Origin: an uncultured Candidatus Saccharibacteria bacterium | Lineage (GTDB): Bacteria > Patescibacteriota > Minisyncoccia > Phycocordibacterales > PALSA-1337 | NCBI GenBank assembly: GCA_964495685.1 | Contig: CAZBVQ010000001.1 | Location: 373,568 to 437,567, forward strand | Direction: 5' to 3' | DNA: 64,000 nt | In this document: positions 36,730-46,878 of the stretch, one piece after another | Numbering within the stretch: position 1 is the stretch's first letter | How the letters are laid out: each line of letters starts with the position of its first letter | The notes under the pieces: model-generated | What the model saw: the letters and a program-made list of their open reading frames with translations, nothing else | The model's database searches: none | Told to the model about the DNA's origin: nothing | Program-made: the position numbers and the translations under genes

Positions 36730-36918
36730 ATGGCAAAAAAGAAACCATCATTTTTTAGTATTGCGGAGCTCAAACAGCCCGTCAATCAATGGATTTGTAT
36801 CGCTTTCGTAGGAGTTCTCTGTTTTTGGGTTGTTCTCTATTATTTCACCGAGAAAACAAAAATCATCGCTGAAGGATACAGTTTATCCTCTGCGGCTAGT
36901 ATAGTCTCTGAATACTAG
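36730..36918 (+). CDS. Small membrane protein (hypothetical)
   Basis: MAKKKPSFFSIAELKQPVNQWICIAFVGVLCFWVVLYYF: one TM helix. Internal Met of the listed 36652 ORF. Confidence 0.3.
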   Translation: MAKKKPSFFSIAELKQPVNQWICIAFVGVLCFWVVLYYFTEKTKIIAEGYSLSSAASIVSEY

Positions 36919-37766
36919 GATCTGGCGAGATAGCCACTCTGGAAATCAGCGTATGACATTTCTTTGCCACCTTCGGGGATGACCTTCTCGAGGGTGAGTT
37001 TGTCGTTCTTGAATGAGGCGGCAGTGACTTTGATTCGTAGAGGTGCGCCGTTCTTGCTGATCATGAAATACGCTTGTGGTCGTGTGTGGAAGGCCTGAAT
37101 CTTCCTGAAATTCGCATAGGCATCTCCAGTGAGGTCGATGAGGGCATCTTCTTTCTTGAATTTGGTGGTATAGGTTGCAACCGCATGATTCTGTTCCTCT
37201 GCAGTAATTGTGCCAGCCAACCATCCAGGGAGCACTGAAGCGGTCAATCGTGCACCTTCACGTGCCATGAATTCCTCGAAGTCGTCATAGGTGGGCCATT
37301 CATTCATGGTGATCTCTTTCTGGCCGACGATGGGACCATGATCCATCTCTTTGTCGATGCGCATGATGGAGACGCCGGTCTTTTTGTCATCATTGAGCAT
37401 GGCTGATTGGAGTGGGGAAGCGCCACGATATGTCGGGAGGAGTGAGGGGTGGATATTGAGTGTTTTGCCACGAGGAATTTCGATGAGCGACTCAGGCATG
37501 ATTTTGCCATACGAAGCGACGATGAATACGTCGGCGGGAACCTTCCTGATCTCTTCGATAGCAGCAGCATCGAGTTTGGCAGGACTGATGACAGGAATCT
37601 GGTGCGCGAGTGCCCAAGTCTTCACTACGTTGGGGGTGAGTACCAATTTCCTTCCTTGCGGCTTGTCGGGTGTCGTTACGATGAGGGCTGGAATGAGGCC
37701 GAGCTTCTCGAATTCATCGAGGACGACGGTAGACATGCGTGAGGAGCCGAAGAATGTGAAATTCAT
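36915..37766 (-). CDS. fmt: Methionyl-tRNA formyltransferase
   Basis: Formyl_trans_N motifs (NIHPSLLPTYRGASPLQSAML; GVSIMRIDKEMDHGPIV) and C-terminal domain. The start lies 1 nt after the def stop. Confidence 0.85.
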   Translation of the reverse strand: MNFTFFGSSRMSTVVLDEFEKLGLIPALIVTTPDKPQGRKLVLTPNVVKTWALAHQIPVISPAKLDAAAIEEIRKVPADVFIVASYGKIMPESLIEIPRGKTLNIHPSLLPTYRGASPLQSAMLNDDKKTGVSIMRIDKEMDHGPIVGQKEITMNEWPTYDDFEEFMAREGARLTASVLPGWLAGTITAEEQNHAVATYTTKFKKEDALIDLTGDAYANFRKIQAFHTRPQAYFMISKNGAPLRIKVTAASFKNDKLTLEKVIPEGGKEMSYADFQSGYLARS

Positions 37767-37767
37767 A

Positions 37768-38298
37768 CTACTTTTTTTGCAGCTCCTTAATCTCCTCCTC
37801 ACTCATCTCCCAGACGTGCTCTGCCTTGTCGATGAAGAGTGTGCCATCCAGATGATCGGTCTCGTGCTGGAATATTTGTGCCAAGAGGCCGCTCGCTCCG
37901 CGTTCTACTTTTTCACCTTTTTCGTTGTAGGCGCGAATGGTGGCGCGGGTCGAACGTCTGACCTTGCCATAGAGCCAGCGTACTGAGAGACACCCTTCCT
38001 CCATTTCTTTCTTGTCGCGTGAGAGTTTGAGGATTTCCGGGTTGATGAATACCAGATTGCCACCTTCACCAGTGTATGTCTTGTCAGCTTGCTTGAGGAG
38101 GTCACCAGATACGACGAATATGCGGAGTGATACACCGATCTGGGGTGCAGCAATAGCGATGCCGTCTTTCTGGTCGGCCATGGCGGTGGACATGTCAGAA
38201 ATAACTTTGCGGATGGTTGCAGATCCGATATCGGCTACAGGCACGGTCTTGGCCTTGTCACGCAGTATGGGGTTGTCTCGTTGGACGATGTCTTTCAT
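37768..38298 (-). CDS. def: Peptide deformylase
   Basis: Motifs GIAIAAPQIG, EGCLS, QHETDHLDG (HExxH). Confidence 0.9.
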   Translation of the reverse strand: MKDIVQRDNPILRDKAKTVPVADIGSATIRKVISDMSTAMADQKDGIAIAAPQIGVSLRIFVVSGDLLKQADKTYTGEGGNLVFINPEILKLSRDKKEMEEGCLSVRWLYGKVRRSTRATIRAYNEKGEKVERGASGLLAQIFQHETDHLDGTLFIDKAEHVWEMSEEEIKELQKK

Positions 38299-38459
38299 AG
38301 GGAAACTGTAACAGGGAAAGGGGAATTAGTAAAATGGTGTGTCACCGACTTCTTTACTTATATGTGTTTGTAGGATAAGGTTTTCTTCAGAAGTTGACTT
38401 GTTCAACTGGGCTACCACGTTGCCTCAAAACGTAATTATGGACTCTGACATACAATGCT

Positions 38460-39128
38460 ATGACACGAGATACAGATGGTTGGATAGGCCAATACAAACA
38501 AAAAGGTGCGCTTTGGATCCATGACGGAAACATGCGACGTCCTCACGCGCTTCTCACTTCAGGAAAACACTCAAGCGGCTTTTTTAATAGTCGCCTCGTG
38601 ATCCCCGACGAAGTCCTGCTGCGCGACGCCGCTGCTGACCTTCTCGCACTCTTTGCCCAACAAGGCGGTGATGTTTCGAAAGTTCAAGGTGTCGTCGGCC
38701 CGCAGACGGGAGCGACCAAACTCGCCGAACTGATCAGCGATCAGGTCATGGCTTTCAACAGAAGTGAATGCTTCTGGGCATCTCCTACCAAGAACGAACA
38801 GGAAGGTGCGAAGTCGATGGTTTTCAATGGTGAAGACCATTACCTTTTGAGGGGGAGTTATGTTCTTCTCTGCGAAGATGTCCTCACTACTGGCGGAAGT
38901 GTGGAACTCACAGCTGATGCTGTTGATTCTTGTGGTGGCGCTGCCATGCCGTTCATCCTCGTCCTCGTGAACCGCTCTGGTCTCACCGAAGCGGGCGGGA
39001 AGAAGATCGTCGCACTTATTGATCGTCCCATGCCAATGTGGACAGCCGAGGAATGCCCGCTCTGCAAAGAAGGCTCCGAAGCGATTCGTCCGAAAGATAA
39101 CTGGGCCGCACTGAACGCTGGTCAGTAG
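38460..39128 (+). CDS. pyrE: Orotate phosphoribosyltransferase-like type I PRTase
   Basis: LTSGKHSSGFFNSRLV resembles the OPRT N-terminal motif (LKSGRKSPYFFN). PRPP-binding motif VLLCEDVLTTGGS. Confidence 0.55.
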   Translation: MTRDTDGWIGQYKQKGALWIHDGNMRRPHALLTSGKHSSGFFNSRLVIPDEVLLRDAAADLLALFAQQGGDVSKVQGVVGPQTGATKLAELISDQVMAFNRSECFWASPTKNEQEGAKSMVFNGEDHYLLRGSYVLLCEDVLTTGGSVELTADAVDSCGGAAMPFILVLVNRSGLTEAGGKKIVALIDRPMPMWTAEECPLCKEGSEAIRPKDNWAALNAGQ

Positions 39129-39201
39129 TCCTCCACTTACTACTTGGTTTATTTTGAAAACAACGGCCCCGTACCAATTAAGTACGCGGGCTTTTTCTTT
39201 C

Positions 39202-41172
39202 CTACAACAAACTCTCTGGATCAACTTTCACCTTCACATTGGGTGGCAATGTGCGTAGTTTCTCTAACAGATCCGAGTTGGGCCAGCCACCTTCGGATAG
39301 CTTGATCAGTCCATGAATGATGGAATTGCCTCGGACGGCCGCGGTGAATGCGGGGAACACATCAATCTCACGGGGTGCCAGTAGCGCCTGGACTTCTGCC
39401 ATGGCTGCGGCGATCGACTCTTTCTTGCCCTCGATAGTGATCTTGATCAATGTCGAATAGGGCGGATACTGGAATTGTTTGCGCTCCGCCAGCGTGGCAC
39501 GATAGAAGTCACTGATATTACCTTTCATGCCAAATTCGAAGACATGTTCATCGGCCTTGCGCGTCTGGACCAGGAATGAGCGCGTAGCCGTACTACGGAG
39601 TCGAGTCAGCAGGTACATTATTTTTTCTTGAATACGGAAATCAGGAAGTGCCAGAAGTGAATCGAGCGAAGCGATGGCGACATGATCTATTTTTTCGCCG
39701 AGGTGGACCAGTGCCATTTCGGTGCCGAGTAGGATACTTCCTGGCTTGGCACGGAATGAGTCGAGTGTGGCATGAATCTGTGCATCAGTCTTGGTGGTGT
39801 CGGCGTCGATTTTGAACACCTCAATATCAGGAAACTCGGCGCGGAGTTCTTCGTAGACACGATCGATACCGATGCCGAGTGGTGTCAGACGCCAACTGTC
39901 ACAGGTGCGGCATTTCTCGTTGGCATCACGTCGTTCACCGCAATGATGACACATGAAGAAAGTGCGACCAGTCGTTTTGGACGAATGAAGAACTACAGGT
40001 GATGAGCAGGTCGAACAAGAAACAATGGTTTCGCAGTCGCCACATATGGTAATAGGCGACAATCCACGTCGCATGGTCAGGATGAATAGGTGGGTACTAC
40101 TTTCTTGATTGTAGGCGATGAGTTCTTTGAGTTCTTGAGAGAGGACTCGGAAAGGTATAGTGCCTACCTCGGTTTTTTGGTCGGATGATTCTGTTGGTGT
40201 AGCGGTGCGCAATAGGCCAGATTTCATATCTATCAACACATCCTGTGCATTCGATATTGATCGCCACTTGAAGGGAGAACCCTGGGCAATTTCGTGACTG
40301 TCTACTCGGTGTAGAGTTTCGGTACGTAGGACACTGTCAGCTCGATACACGGTCTGCTTCTGTCGACGAGCGATAGTTTCGAGTGCGTGACGAATATCGA
40401 GGTAGGGATGCTTGATACTCATCCAGCCACGACTATTTTCACGTTCAATGACAATACTATCTATATCAGCACGTGGAATGACTGTGAACGATCCGGTGGC
40501 CACCACGACGACTGGGTGTGCGGTCTCGGCGATATTCTTCCAGGTGTCGATTATTTCTTTCTTGGTGAGTTTGCCGTGGAGGGTGAAGATATACCCCTCG
40601 ATACCTTTGGTCAATGCCTCAGTCAGCCACCGAGCATCTTCAATAGTGGGGACATAGAGGGCGATAGAACGTTTGCGAGCGAATTCTTGCCTGATGAGTG
40701 AGCGCCACGAACCGATACGATCTTCATCGTCGCCTTGGATGGCGTAGGTCTCATCGATGCTACCGGCCTTGAGATCGTTGAAGAAAGGATTCTGTCGTAC
40801 GGGCATGGCGATCTTGTTCGCATTTTCGAGGAGGATGTCAGAGACGAGTGAGTCGATGATAGAGCCGACGCTGGCAGCATAGTAGTCTGCGAGCACAGTG
40901 CACGCTTCCATGAATGTGGCGGGGAAAAAGGCAGTTGATTTGATGCGCCCGAGTTTCTTCATCTGGAATGAGGCGCTGCGAATTTCGGCCTTCATGTCGA
41001 CGGCGGGACGAATACTGGTGACGATGGCGTATATGTTCTTGGAGCGAAGTGGTACAGACACGATGGCACCCAAGGTCACCTCCGCGCTGGTGAAATAGGA
41101 GAGTTCACCGGCGATTTTCGATCGAGTGAGTGGGATGACGGTGATGACATTGAGGATAGGGGAAGAGGTCAT
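39202..41172 (-). CDS. priA: Primosomal protein N' (PriA helicase)
   Basis: N-terminal 3'-DNA-binding domain, helicase lobes, Cys4-Cys4 zinc-binding insert (CGDCETIVSCSTCSSPVVLH ... CHHCGERRDANEKCRTCDS), C-terminal domain. Confidence 0.9.
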   Translation of the reverse strand: MTSSPILNVITVIPLTRSKIAGELSYFTSAEVTLGAIVSVPLRSKNIYAIVTSIRPAVDMKAEIRSASFQMKKLGRIKSTAFFPATFMEACTVLADYYAASVGSIIDSLVSDILLENANKIAMPVRQNPFFNDLKAGSIDETYAIQGDDEDRIGSWRSLIRQEFARKRSIALYVPTIEDARWLTEALTKGIEGYIFTLHGKLTKKEIIDTWKNIAETAHPVVVVATGSFTVIPRADIDSIVIERENSRGWMSIKHPYLDIRHALETIARRQKQTVYRADSVLRTETLHRVDSHEIAQGSPFKWRSISNAQDVLIDMKSGLLRTATPTESSDQKTEVGTIPFRVLSQELKELIAYNQESSTHLFILTMRRGLSPITICGDCETIVSCSTCSSPVVLHSSKTTGRTFFMCHHCGERRDANEKCRTCDSWRLTPLGIGIDRVYEELRAEFPDIEVFKIDADTTKTDAQIHATLDSFRAKPGSILLGTEMALVHLGEKIDHVAIASLDSLLALPDFRIQEKIMYLLTRLRSTATRSFLVQTRKADEHVFEFGMKGNISDFYRATLAERKQFQYPPYSTLIKITIEGKKESIAAAMAEVQALLAPREIDVFPAFTAAVRGNSIIHGLIKLSEGGWPNSDLLEKLRTLPPNVKVKVDPESLL

Positions 41173-41240
41173 TGGTGTATTTATACATAATTTGTTTCAT
41201 TTGTGAAATCGCCCAAAAAACGCTAGAATACCGCCTACGT

Positions 41241-41795
41241 ATGATAAAAGAATTTGACCGCTGGAATGGGACGAAGAAAAAAATGGACCTCAAGGTGCAG
41301 GCTGTTGACTTTCATGAACGTGAAATCTGGTGGTGTTCTATTGGGGTCAATATCGGATCAGAACAACATTCTCAATCTGTTGATTTCAGTAGGCCAGTTA
41401 TCATTGTCAAGAAATTCACAAACAGGATTTTTTTGGGGATACCACTTACAACAAAAAATAGAAAAGGTTTGTTCCGAATAAGTTTTCTGTTAGGGAGTGT
41501 TTTGAATGATATGTTAGTTTTACAGATGCGATCATTCGATAGGAAACGTCTGATTAACAAAATAGGCATGTTGCCACAAGCCGAATTTGACTCACTTAAT
41601 ACATTTATTGCGCAACTGTTTACCAAAAGTATGAAAACCCCGATTGACGGGGTTTCCGAGGCCGAAGCCAGTGTGTTTACGGAGTTTCATGTTGAAACCT
41701 CGTATACCAGAAGTATAGAAGAACATCGGCTTTTGTCAAGATTCTATGGTGAGTTGTATGCATATAGAATGTATCGTTCGGGGATATGTCTATAA
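41241..41795 (+). CDS. PemK/MazF-family endoribonuclease-like protein (solo; no adjacent antitoxin recognisable)
   Basis: REIWWCSIGVNIGSEQHSQSVDFSRPVIIV ... GIPLTTKNRKGLFRISF matches the MazF/PemK/EndoA core (EIWW ... G ... GSEQ ... RP-V-I-V ... P-L-T). It has an extra about 70-aa C-terminal extension. Confidence 0.5.
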   Translation: MIKEFDRWNGTKKKMDLKVQAVDFHEREIWWCSIGVNIGSEQHSQSVDFSRPVIIVKKFTNRIFLGIPLTTKNRKGLFRISFLLGSVLNDMLVLQMRSFDRKRLINKIGMLPQAEFDSLNTFIAQLFTKSMKTPIDGVSEAEASVFTEFHVETSYTRSIEEHRLLSRFYGELYAYRMYRSGICL

Positions 41796-43118
41796 TTGAA
41801 ATTCATGAATACCAAAGAAACATTCGTCATACAGGGATTGGCGGGAAAGCGGACACTCGAGGGCTCTGTGCGTATTGGTGGCGCCAAGAATAGTGCCCTC
41901 AAGGCCATGGCAGCTACTATCCTTTTCGATGGTCCAGTCACACTCGAGAATGTTCCCGACAACAGTGACATACGAACCCTCTCGACTATCCTGCAGAAAT
42001 TGGGGGCCAAGATTGAGCGTTCTCATGATATGCTCACTATCGATACCACAACCATCAACTCGACCGATATAGATCAGGATCTCGCCAAAGGCATGCGTGC
42101 GTCAGTGGTGCTCACTGGCCCGATGCTCGGTCGTTTCAAGAAAGTATTATTTCCTTCACCTGGTGGCTGTGTGATCGGCGCTCGACCTATCGACCTTTTC
42201 ATTTCCGGATATCAGAAGATGGGTGCAACTACTGCTGAGTCTGATTGCCTCTATTCTATGCAGGCGCCAGCTGATGGTCTCAAGGCGACAGATATATTTT
42301 TCAACAAAGTGACCGTTGGTGGTACTGAGACTCTCATGATGGCCGCAGTCCTGGCGCACGGCACAACTATTCTCAGGAATTGTGCTATGGAGCCAGAGAT
42401 CGGCAATGTCGCCGAGTGGCTCAATGCTTGCGGCGCAGATATTTCTGGTATTGGCAGTCCGACACTGACCATTCGTGGTAGGGGAGGCAAACTTCTTTCG
42501 CCCAAACAATCATTCGTGACTATTCCTGATCGCGTCACTGCCGGCAGCTTCCTCATTCTCGGTGCACTGACTGCCAAAGAATTGACTATCGAGAATTGTC
42601 GTCCTGATCACATGGAAGCGGTCACACAGCTTCTCATCGATCTTGGTGTGCGTATGGAGATTGGCGCGGATAAGATCACGGTGTATGGTGCCGAGGTGAC
42701 CAAGCCGTATGCTGCTATCTCGAGTTTGCGCACTCATGAATATCCTGGATTCCCGACCGATCTACAATCACCGATTGTGACATTGCTGACACAAAGTGCG
42801 GGCGAGAGTATCATTTTCGAAACTATTTTCGAGGGACGATTCAAGTACGTCGAAGATCTGACTGCTATGGGTGCAACTATTACTACTATGAATCCACGCG
42901 AGATCCTGATCAAAGGCCCGACTGTGCTCAGGCAGTTGGCTGACGATGAACAGGTCACTGCACACGATATTCGCGCAGGATTCGCCGTCGTCTTGGCGGC
43001 TCTGATTGGTACAGGTACATTCACGGTCTCGAATATTCATCTTATAGATCGTGGTTATGAGCGACTCGAGGAAGTGCTCACTGGATTGGGGGCGGATGTG
43101 AAGAGGGTTTCTTACTAG
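41796..43118 (+). CDS. murA: UDP-N-acetylglucosamine 1-carboxyvinyltransferase
   Basis: EPT-family double-domain. VRIGGAKNSALKAMAATIL N-terminal signature. Cys region (GGCVIGARPIDL). Confidence 0.9.
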   Translation: MKFMNTKETFVIQGLAGKRTLEGSVRIGGAKNSALKAMAATILFDGPVTLENVPDNSDIRTLSTILQKLGAKIERSHDMLTIDTTTINSTDIDQDLAKGMRASVVLTGPMLGRFKKVLFPSPGGCVIGARPIDLFISGYQKMGATTAESDCLYSMQAPADGLKATDIFFNKVTVGGTETLMMAAVLAHGTTILRNCAMEPEIGNVAEWLNACGADISGIGSPTLTIRGRGGKLLSPKQSFVTIPDRVTAGSFLILGALTAKELTIENCRPDHMEAVTQLLIDLGVRMEIGADKITVYGAEVTKPYAAISSLRTHEYPGFPTDLQSPIVTLLTQSAGESIIFETIFEGRFKYVEDLTAMGATITTMNPREILIKGPTVLRQLADDEQVTAHDIRAGFAVVLAALIGTGTFTVSNIHLIDRGYERLEEVLTGLGADVKRVSY

Positions 43119-43178
43119 GAGAGATCTGGGACGTTTAGCATTGAACACCTTCCTATATATGCTATAGTCAACCCACCT

Positions 43179-44192
43179 ATGGGTATCTTTTCCTCGAAAC
43201 TTGGCATCGATCTTGGTACAGCCAATACGCTGGTGTATATTCCCGGCAAGGGCATCGTGCTCAATGAACCCTCAGTCGTAGCTGTTTCTGAAGTAGACAA
43301 GAAAGTGTTGGCGGTCGGTAATGAAGCCAAAGAAATGGTCGGCCGTACGCCAGACAATATTGTGGCGTATCGTCCTATGCGTGATGGTGTCATCGCCGAC
43401 TATCGCGTGACCGAAGCGATGTTGCGTTACTTCATCGACAAAGCTCTCGGTCGTTTTTCATTTTTCAAGCCTGATGTCATGGTCTCTGTGCCGGCAGGAA
43501 TTACGTCGACCGAACGTCGCGCCGTCGTCGAAGCCGCCCTCCGTGCTGGTGCCAAGAATGCGTATGTGGTCAAAGAACCAATTCTTGCTGCTATCGGTGC
43601 TGGTATCCCGATCCAGGAGCCGCGCGGACATATGATTGTCGATATTGGTGGTGGTACTACGGACGTGGCAGTCATTTCGCTTGGTGGTATCGTCTCGTCG
43701 ACGTCGGTCAAGGTTGCAGGCAACAAAGTAGATGCCGCCATCGCTGATTATGTGAAGAAAACGTTTAACCTAGCTATCGGCGAGCACATGGCTGAAATCA
43801 TCAAGATTACTATTGGCTCCGCAATTCCGCTCGATCAAGAACTTGCCATGCAAGTCAAAGGTCGTGATTTTATTTCAGGCTTGCCTCGCTCTACCGAAAT
43901 CAAAACTAATGAGATTGTCAAAGCTATCGCTGCTCCTCTTCGCGATATGATCAAGGCGATCAAGGATGTGCTCCAAGAAACTCCTCCAGAATTGGCTGCT
44001 GATATTATCGATCAGGGTATTACGATGACTGGTGGTTCGTCCATGCTCCGCAATTTGCCCGAATTGGTATTCCGCCGCACTGGCGTGAAGGCACAGTTGG
44101 CTGATGAGCCACTTCTCTGTGTGGTGAAGGGGACAGGTATAGCGCTGGAGCATTTGAATGTGTATAAGAAGACGATGATGAGTAAACGCTAA
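43179..44192 (+). CDS. mreB: Rod-shape determining protein MreB (paralog 1)
   Basis: Actin-fold motifs (GIDLGTANTLVY; MIVDIGGGTTDVAVIS; MTGGSSML). Promoter TTGAAC-16-TATAGT at 43141-43168. Confidence 0.9.
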   Translation: MGIFSSKLGIDLGTANTLVYIPGKGIVLNEPSVVAVSEVDKKVLAVGNEAKEMVGRTPDNIVAYRPMRDGVIADYRVTEAMLRYFIDKALGRFSFFKPDVMVSVPAGITSTERRAVVEAALRAGAKNAYVVKEPILAAIGAGIPIQEPRGHMIVDIGGGTTDVAVISLGGIVSSTSVKVAGNKVDAAIADYVKKTFNLAIGEHMAEIIKITIGSAIPLDQELAMQVKGRDFISGLPRSTEIKTNEIVKAIAAPLRDMIKAIKDVLQETPPELAADIIDQGITMTGGSSMLRNLPELVFRRTGVKAQLADEPLLCVVKGTGIALEHLNVYKKTMMSKR

Positions 44193-44251
44193 TGGGCAAA
44201 TACTTGTGATTTGTAATTTATTTGGAAATTGTAATTTGTTATTTGGTGCTT

Positions 44252-44956
44252 ATGTCTAATTTTACCCACCACGCTTATTTCCTCACGGGTCCTACATCTC
44301 TGCGACCCACGCTTATTTCAATACTTGAGAAGGAGTACAAACTGACTGCGCGCGGCAATCCGGACTTCTTCGATCAATCATTCGACACCTTCACGATCGA
44401 CGATGCACGTGAACTCAAGCGACTGCACTCCATGCGTCCGATCGGACAAGGTGGCAAGAAAATATTCTTGGTGAGTATGAACGGCATCACTGTCGAGGCA
44501 CAGAACGCACTTCTCAAACTCTTCGAGGAGCCAGCTGAATACGCTCATTTTTTCATTGTTATTCCGAGTGCTCATATATTATTGCCGACGGTCAAGTCGA
44601 GGATGCAGGAATTCCAAGTAAGTAAGGAAGTGACGAAGCCAGGAAACAAAAAGGACGCGGGGAATCTTGCGGGTATTAATTCGGAGGTTTTGAAAACTGC
44701 CCAAAAATTGGTCACTTTGTCGAAAGCAAAAAGACTTGAGGAGGTGAAGAAGTTGGCTGATGAGATTTCCAAGGACAAGAAAACTAAACAAGATGCAATC
44801 GAGCTACTGAACGCTCTCCAGGCAATTATTTATGATGAACGAGGCGTCAAAGAAGGGAAGTCGGCACTTGAAGCCATAGAGTTTGCACGTAGCTATATGC
44901 ACGATCGTGCACCAAGTGTGAAGATGTTGCTGGAGTATGTGATGTTGAGTATGTAA
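44252..44956 (+). CDS. holB: DNA polymerase III delta-prime subunit
   Basis: AAA+ clamp-loader fold without an intact P-loop (HAYFLTGPT). Sensor/arginine-finger region (KLFEEPAEYAHFFIV ... LPTVKSRMQEF). Confidence 0.65.
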   Translation: MSNFTHHAYFLTGPTSLRPTLISILEKEYKLTARGNPDFFDQSFDTFTIDDARELKRLHSMRPIGQGGKKIFLVSMNGITVEAQNALLKLFEEPAEYAHFFIVIPSAHILLPTVKSRMQEFQVSKEVTKPGNKKDAGNLAGINSEVLKTAQKLVTLSKAKRLEEVKKLADEISKDKKTKQDAIELLNALQAIIYDERGVKEGKSALEAIEFARSYMHDRAPSVKMLLEYVMLSM

Positions 44957-44965
44957 CAGACGGAG

Positions 44966-45076
44966 CACCAGGCGAACATGTGAGTGAGGAAGCCTTGCGA
45001 GTGCGACTGGCACGAGCACGAGGAATTTTTCAGCAGAAAAATATCCGTGCTTCCGAAGTCACATGTTCGCCTGGTG
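44966..45076. repeat. Long inverted repeat (18-bp perfect arms CACCAGGCGAACATGTGA / TCACATGTTCGCCTGGTG plus extra GGAAG/CTTCC) enclosing about 75 nt, just upstream of the frr promoter
   Basis: Arms at 44966-44983 and 45059-45076. Followed by the extended -10 element TGCTATAAT at 45083-45091. Confidence 0.6.
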
Positions 45077-45122
45077 CGGTAGCTGTGCTATAATCGCTTC
45101 ATATAACCTAACCACTACCTTT

Positions 45123-45674
45123 ATGGCCTACGACCTCAATCCCTTCAAGAAACAGCTCGCCTCCACCGAAGAATGGCTCAAGAAAGAGCTCCAGCAGATC
45201 CGCACCGGCCAAGCATCACCGGCCGTGTTGGACGCAGTCAAAGTAGAGGTCTATGGAGCCCCTATGGCTCTCAAAGAAGTCGCCAGCGTCACTATCGAAG
45301 GTGCTCGCACTCTCCGCATTGCCCCGTGGGACAAGAGCCAGACCAAGGAGATCGAGAAGGCCATCACTGTTGCCAATCTAGGTCTTTCGGTCGTCGTCGA
45401 TGATCAAGGTCTTCGCGTCAATTTCCCTGAATTGACTGGTGAACGCCGTCAGCAGATCGCCAAAACAGCCAAGGAGAAGCTCGAAGAAGCCAAGAAACAG
45501 GTTCGTGGTCACCGAGATGTTATCGTCAAAGATCTGGCTACCAAGGAGAAAGACGGTGCAATGGGTAAGGATGATGCATTCCGTGCCAAGAATGACGCAC
45601 AGAAGCTTGTTGATGATATGAACAAAAAATTGGATGATGCCTATGGCAAGAAAGAGAGGGAGCTCATGGGCTAA
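45123..45674 (+). CDS. frr: Ribosome recycling factor
   Basis: RRF signature (EEWLKKELQQIRTGQASPAVLDAVKVEVYG ... RTLRIAPWDKS). Internal Met at 45123 chosen as the start. Confidence 0.9.
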   Translation: MAYDLNPFKKQLASTEEWLKKELQQIRTGQASPAVLDAVKVEVYGAPMALKEVASVTIEGARTLRIAPWDKSQTKEIEKAITVANLGLSVVVDDQGLRVNFPELTGERRQQIAKTAKEKLEEAKKQVRGHRDVIVKDLATKEKDGAMGKDDAFRAKNDAQKLVDDMNKKLDDAYGKKERELMG

Positions 45675-45680
45675 ATTTGC

Positions 45681-46835
45681 ATGATTACTGTCATTATCTT
45701 CCTGATCGTTCTAGCTGTCCTCATTTTCGTTCACGAATTGGGGCACTTTCTGGCTGCGCGATCGGCAGGAATCCGTGTCGATGCATTCAAGATAGGATTC
45801 GGTCCGCGCATCCTCTACTGGAAGCGTGGTGAGACTGAGTATGGCATCAATCTGATTCCGTTCGGTGGCTTCGTCAAAATTCATGGTGAGAATCCGAGTG
45901 AAGAGGCGGCCACAGGTCCTGATGCGGCACGTAGTTTCATCAATAAGTCACGATACAAACAGGTGATGGTCCTGGTGGCGGGCGTCTTTTTCAATTTCCT
46001 CTTCGCTTGGTTGCTCTATTCGATTGCATTCATGTCAGGTGTGACTGCTACTCATGAAGGTTTCGAGAAATACGCTGACAGATTCAGTGCTGATCGGGTG
46101 ATGATTACGTATGTAGAAAAAGATACCCCAGCTGATCGTGCAGGATTACAAGTTGGTGACGTCATTCTTCATCTGATACAGCCAGCGTCGGTCTCGAGTT
46201 CGGACGCATTCATATCGGCGACAACCACTTCGATCGGGTACGCTACGCCGATTATGGTTGCAGATATTCAGCGATTCATCGCCTCATCGAGTGGTCATGT
46301 ATTGAAATTCGATATCGAGCGTTCTGGTGCTACCAGTACAGTTGCCGTCAGTGCAGTCACAGGTCTGCATGACAGCCCTACCTACGCTATCGGCATCGCC
46401 ATGCAGGAGGTCGCCGATTTGCAGTTACCATTTTTCACTGCTATCGGGGAAGGTCTCCACTACATGTTGGTCATGATTCGTGAGACAGTCATCGGTCTCG
46501 CTAGCTTCATCGGTAATATATTCCAGGGTACTGCCAATTTCGCTGACGTCGCCGGTCCCGTGGGTATTGCTGGTATCGTTGGCGATGCGGCACAGCTCGG
46601 TTTCACGTATCTCATTATGATCACTGCGCTTATCTCTATCAATTTGGGCGTGATAAATCTTATTCCATTCCCAGCCCTTGATGGAGGACGCACACTCTTT
46701 GTTATTATCGAAGGCATCATTCGTCGACGTATCTCGATGAAGTTCACGAATGTCGTGAACATGATCGGATTTATCCTGCTCATGGCGCTCATGGTGGTGG
46801 TGACATTCAAGGATATTGTGAAGTTGTTCAGATAG
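45681..46835 (+). CDS. rseP: RIP metalloprotease RseP (site-2 protease, M50 family)
   Basis: HExxH in TM1 (FVHELGHFLAAR), PDZ domain (DRAGLQVGDVIL), LDGG motif (FPALDGGR). Confidence 0.85.
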   Translation: MITVIIFLIVLAVLIFVHELGHFLAARSAGIRVDAFKIGFGPRILYWKRGETEYGINLIPFGGFVKIHGENPSEEAATGPDAARSFINKSRYKQVMVLVAGVFFNFLFAWLLYSIAFMSGVTATHEGFEKYADRFSADRVMITYVEKDTPADRAGLQVGDVILHLIQPASVSSSDAFISATTTSIGYATPIMVADIQRFIASSSGHVLKFDIERSGATSTVAVSAVTGLHDSPTYAIGIAMQEVADLQLPFFTAIGEGLHYMLVMIRETVIGLASFIGNIFQGTANFADVAGPVGIAGIVGDAAQLGFTYLIMITALISINLGVINLIPFPALDGGRTLFVIIEGIIRRRISMKFTNVVNMIGFILLMALMVVVTFKDIVKLFR

Positions 46836-46878
46836 GGAAGCGTGGAATAATTCAGTACTTTCCCGTATAATTCAAGCC

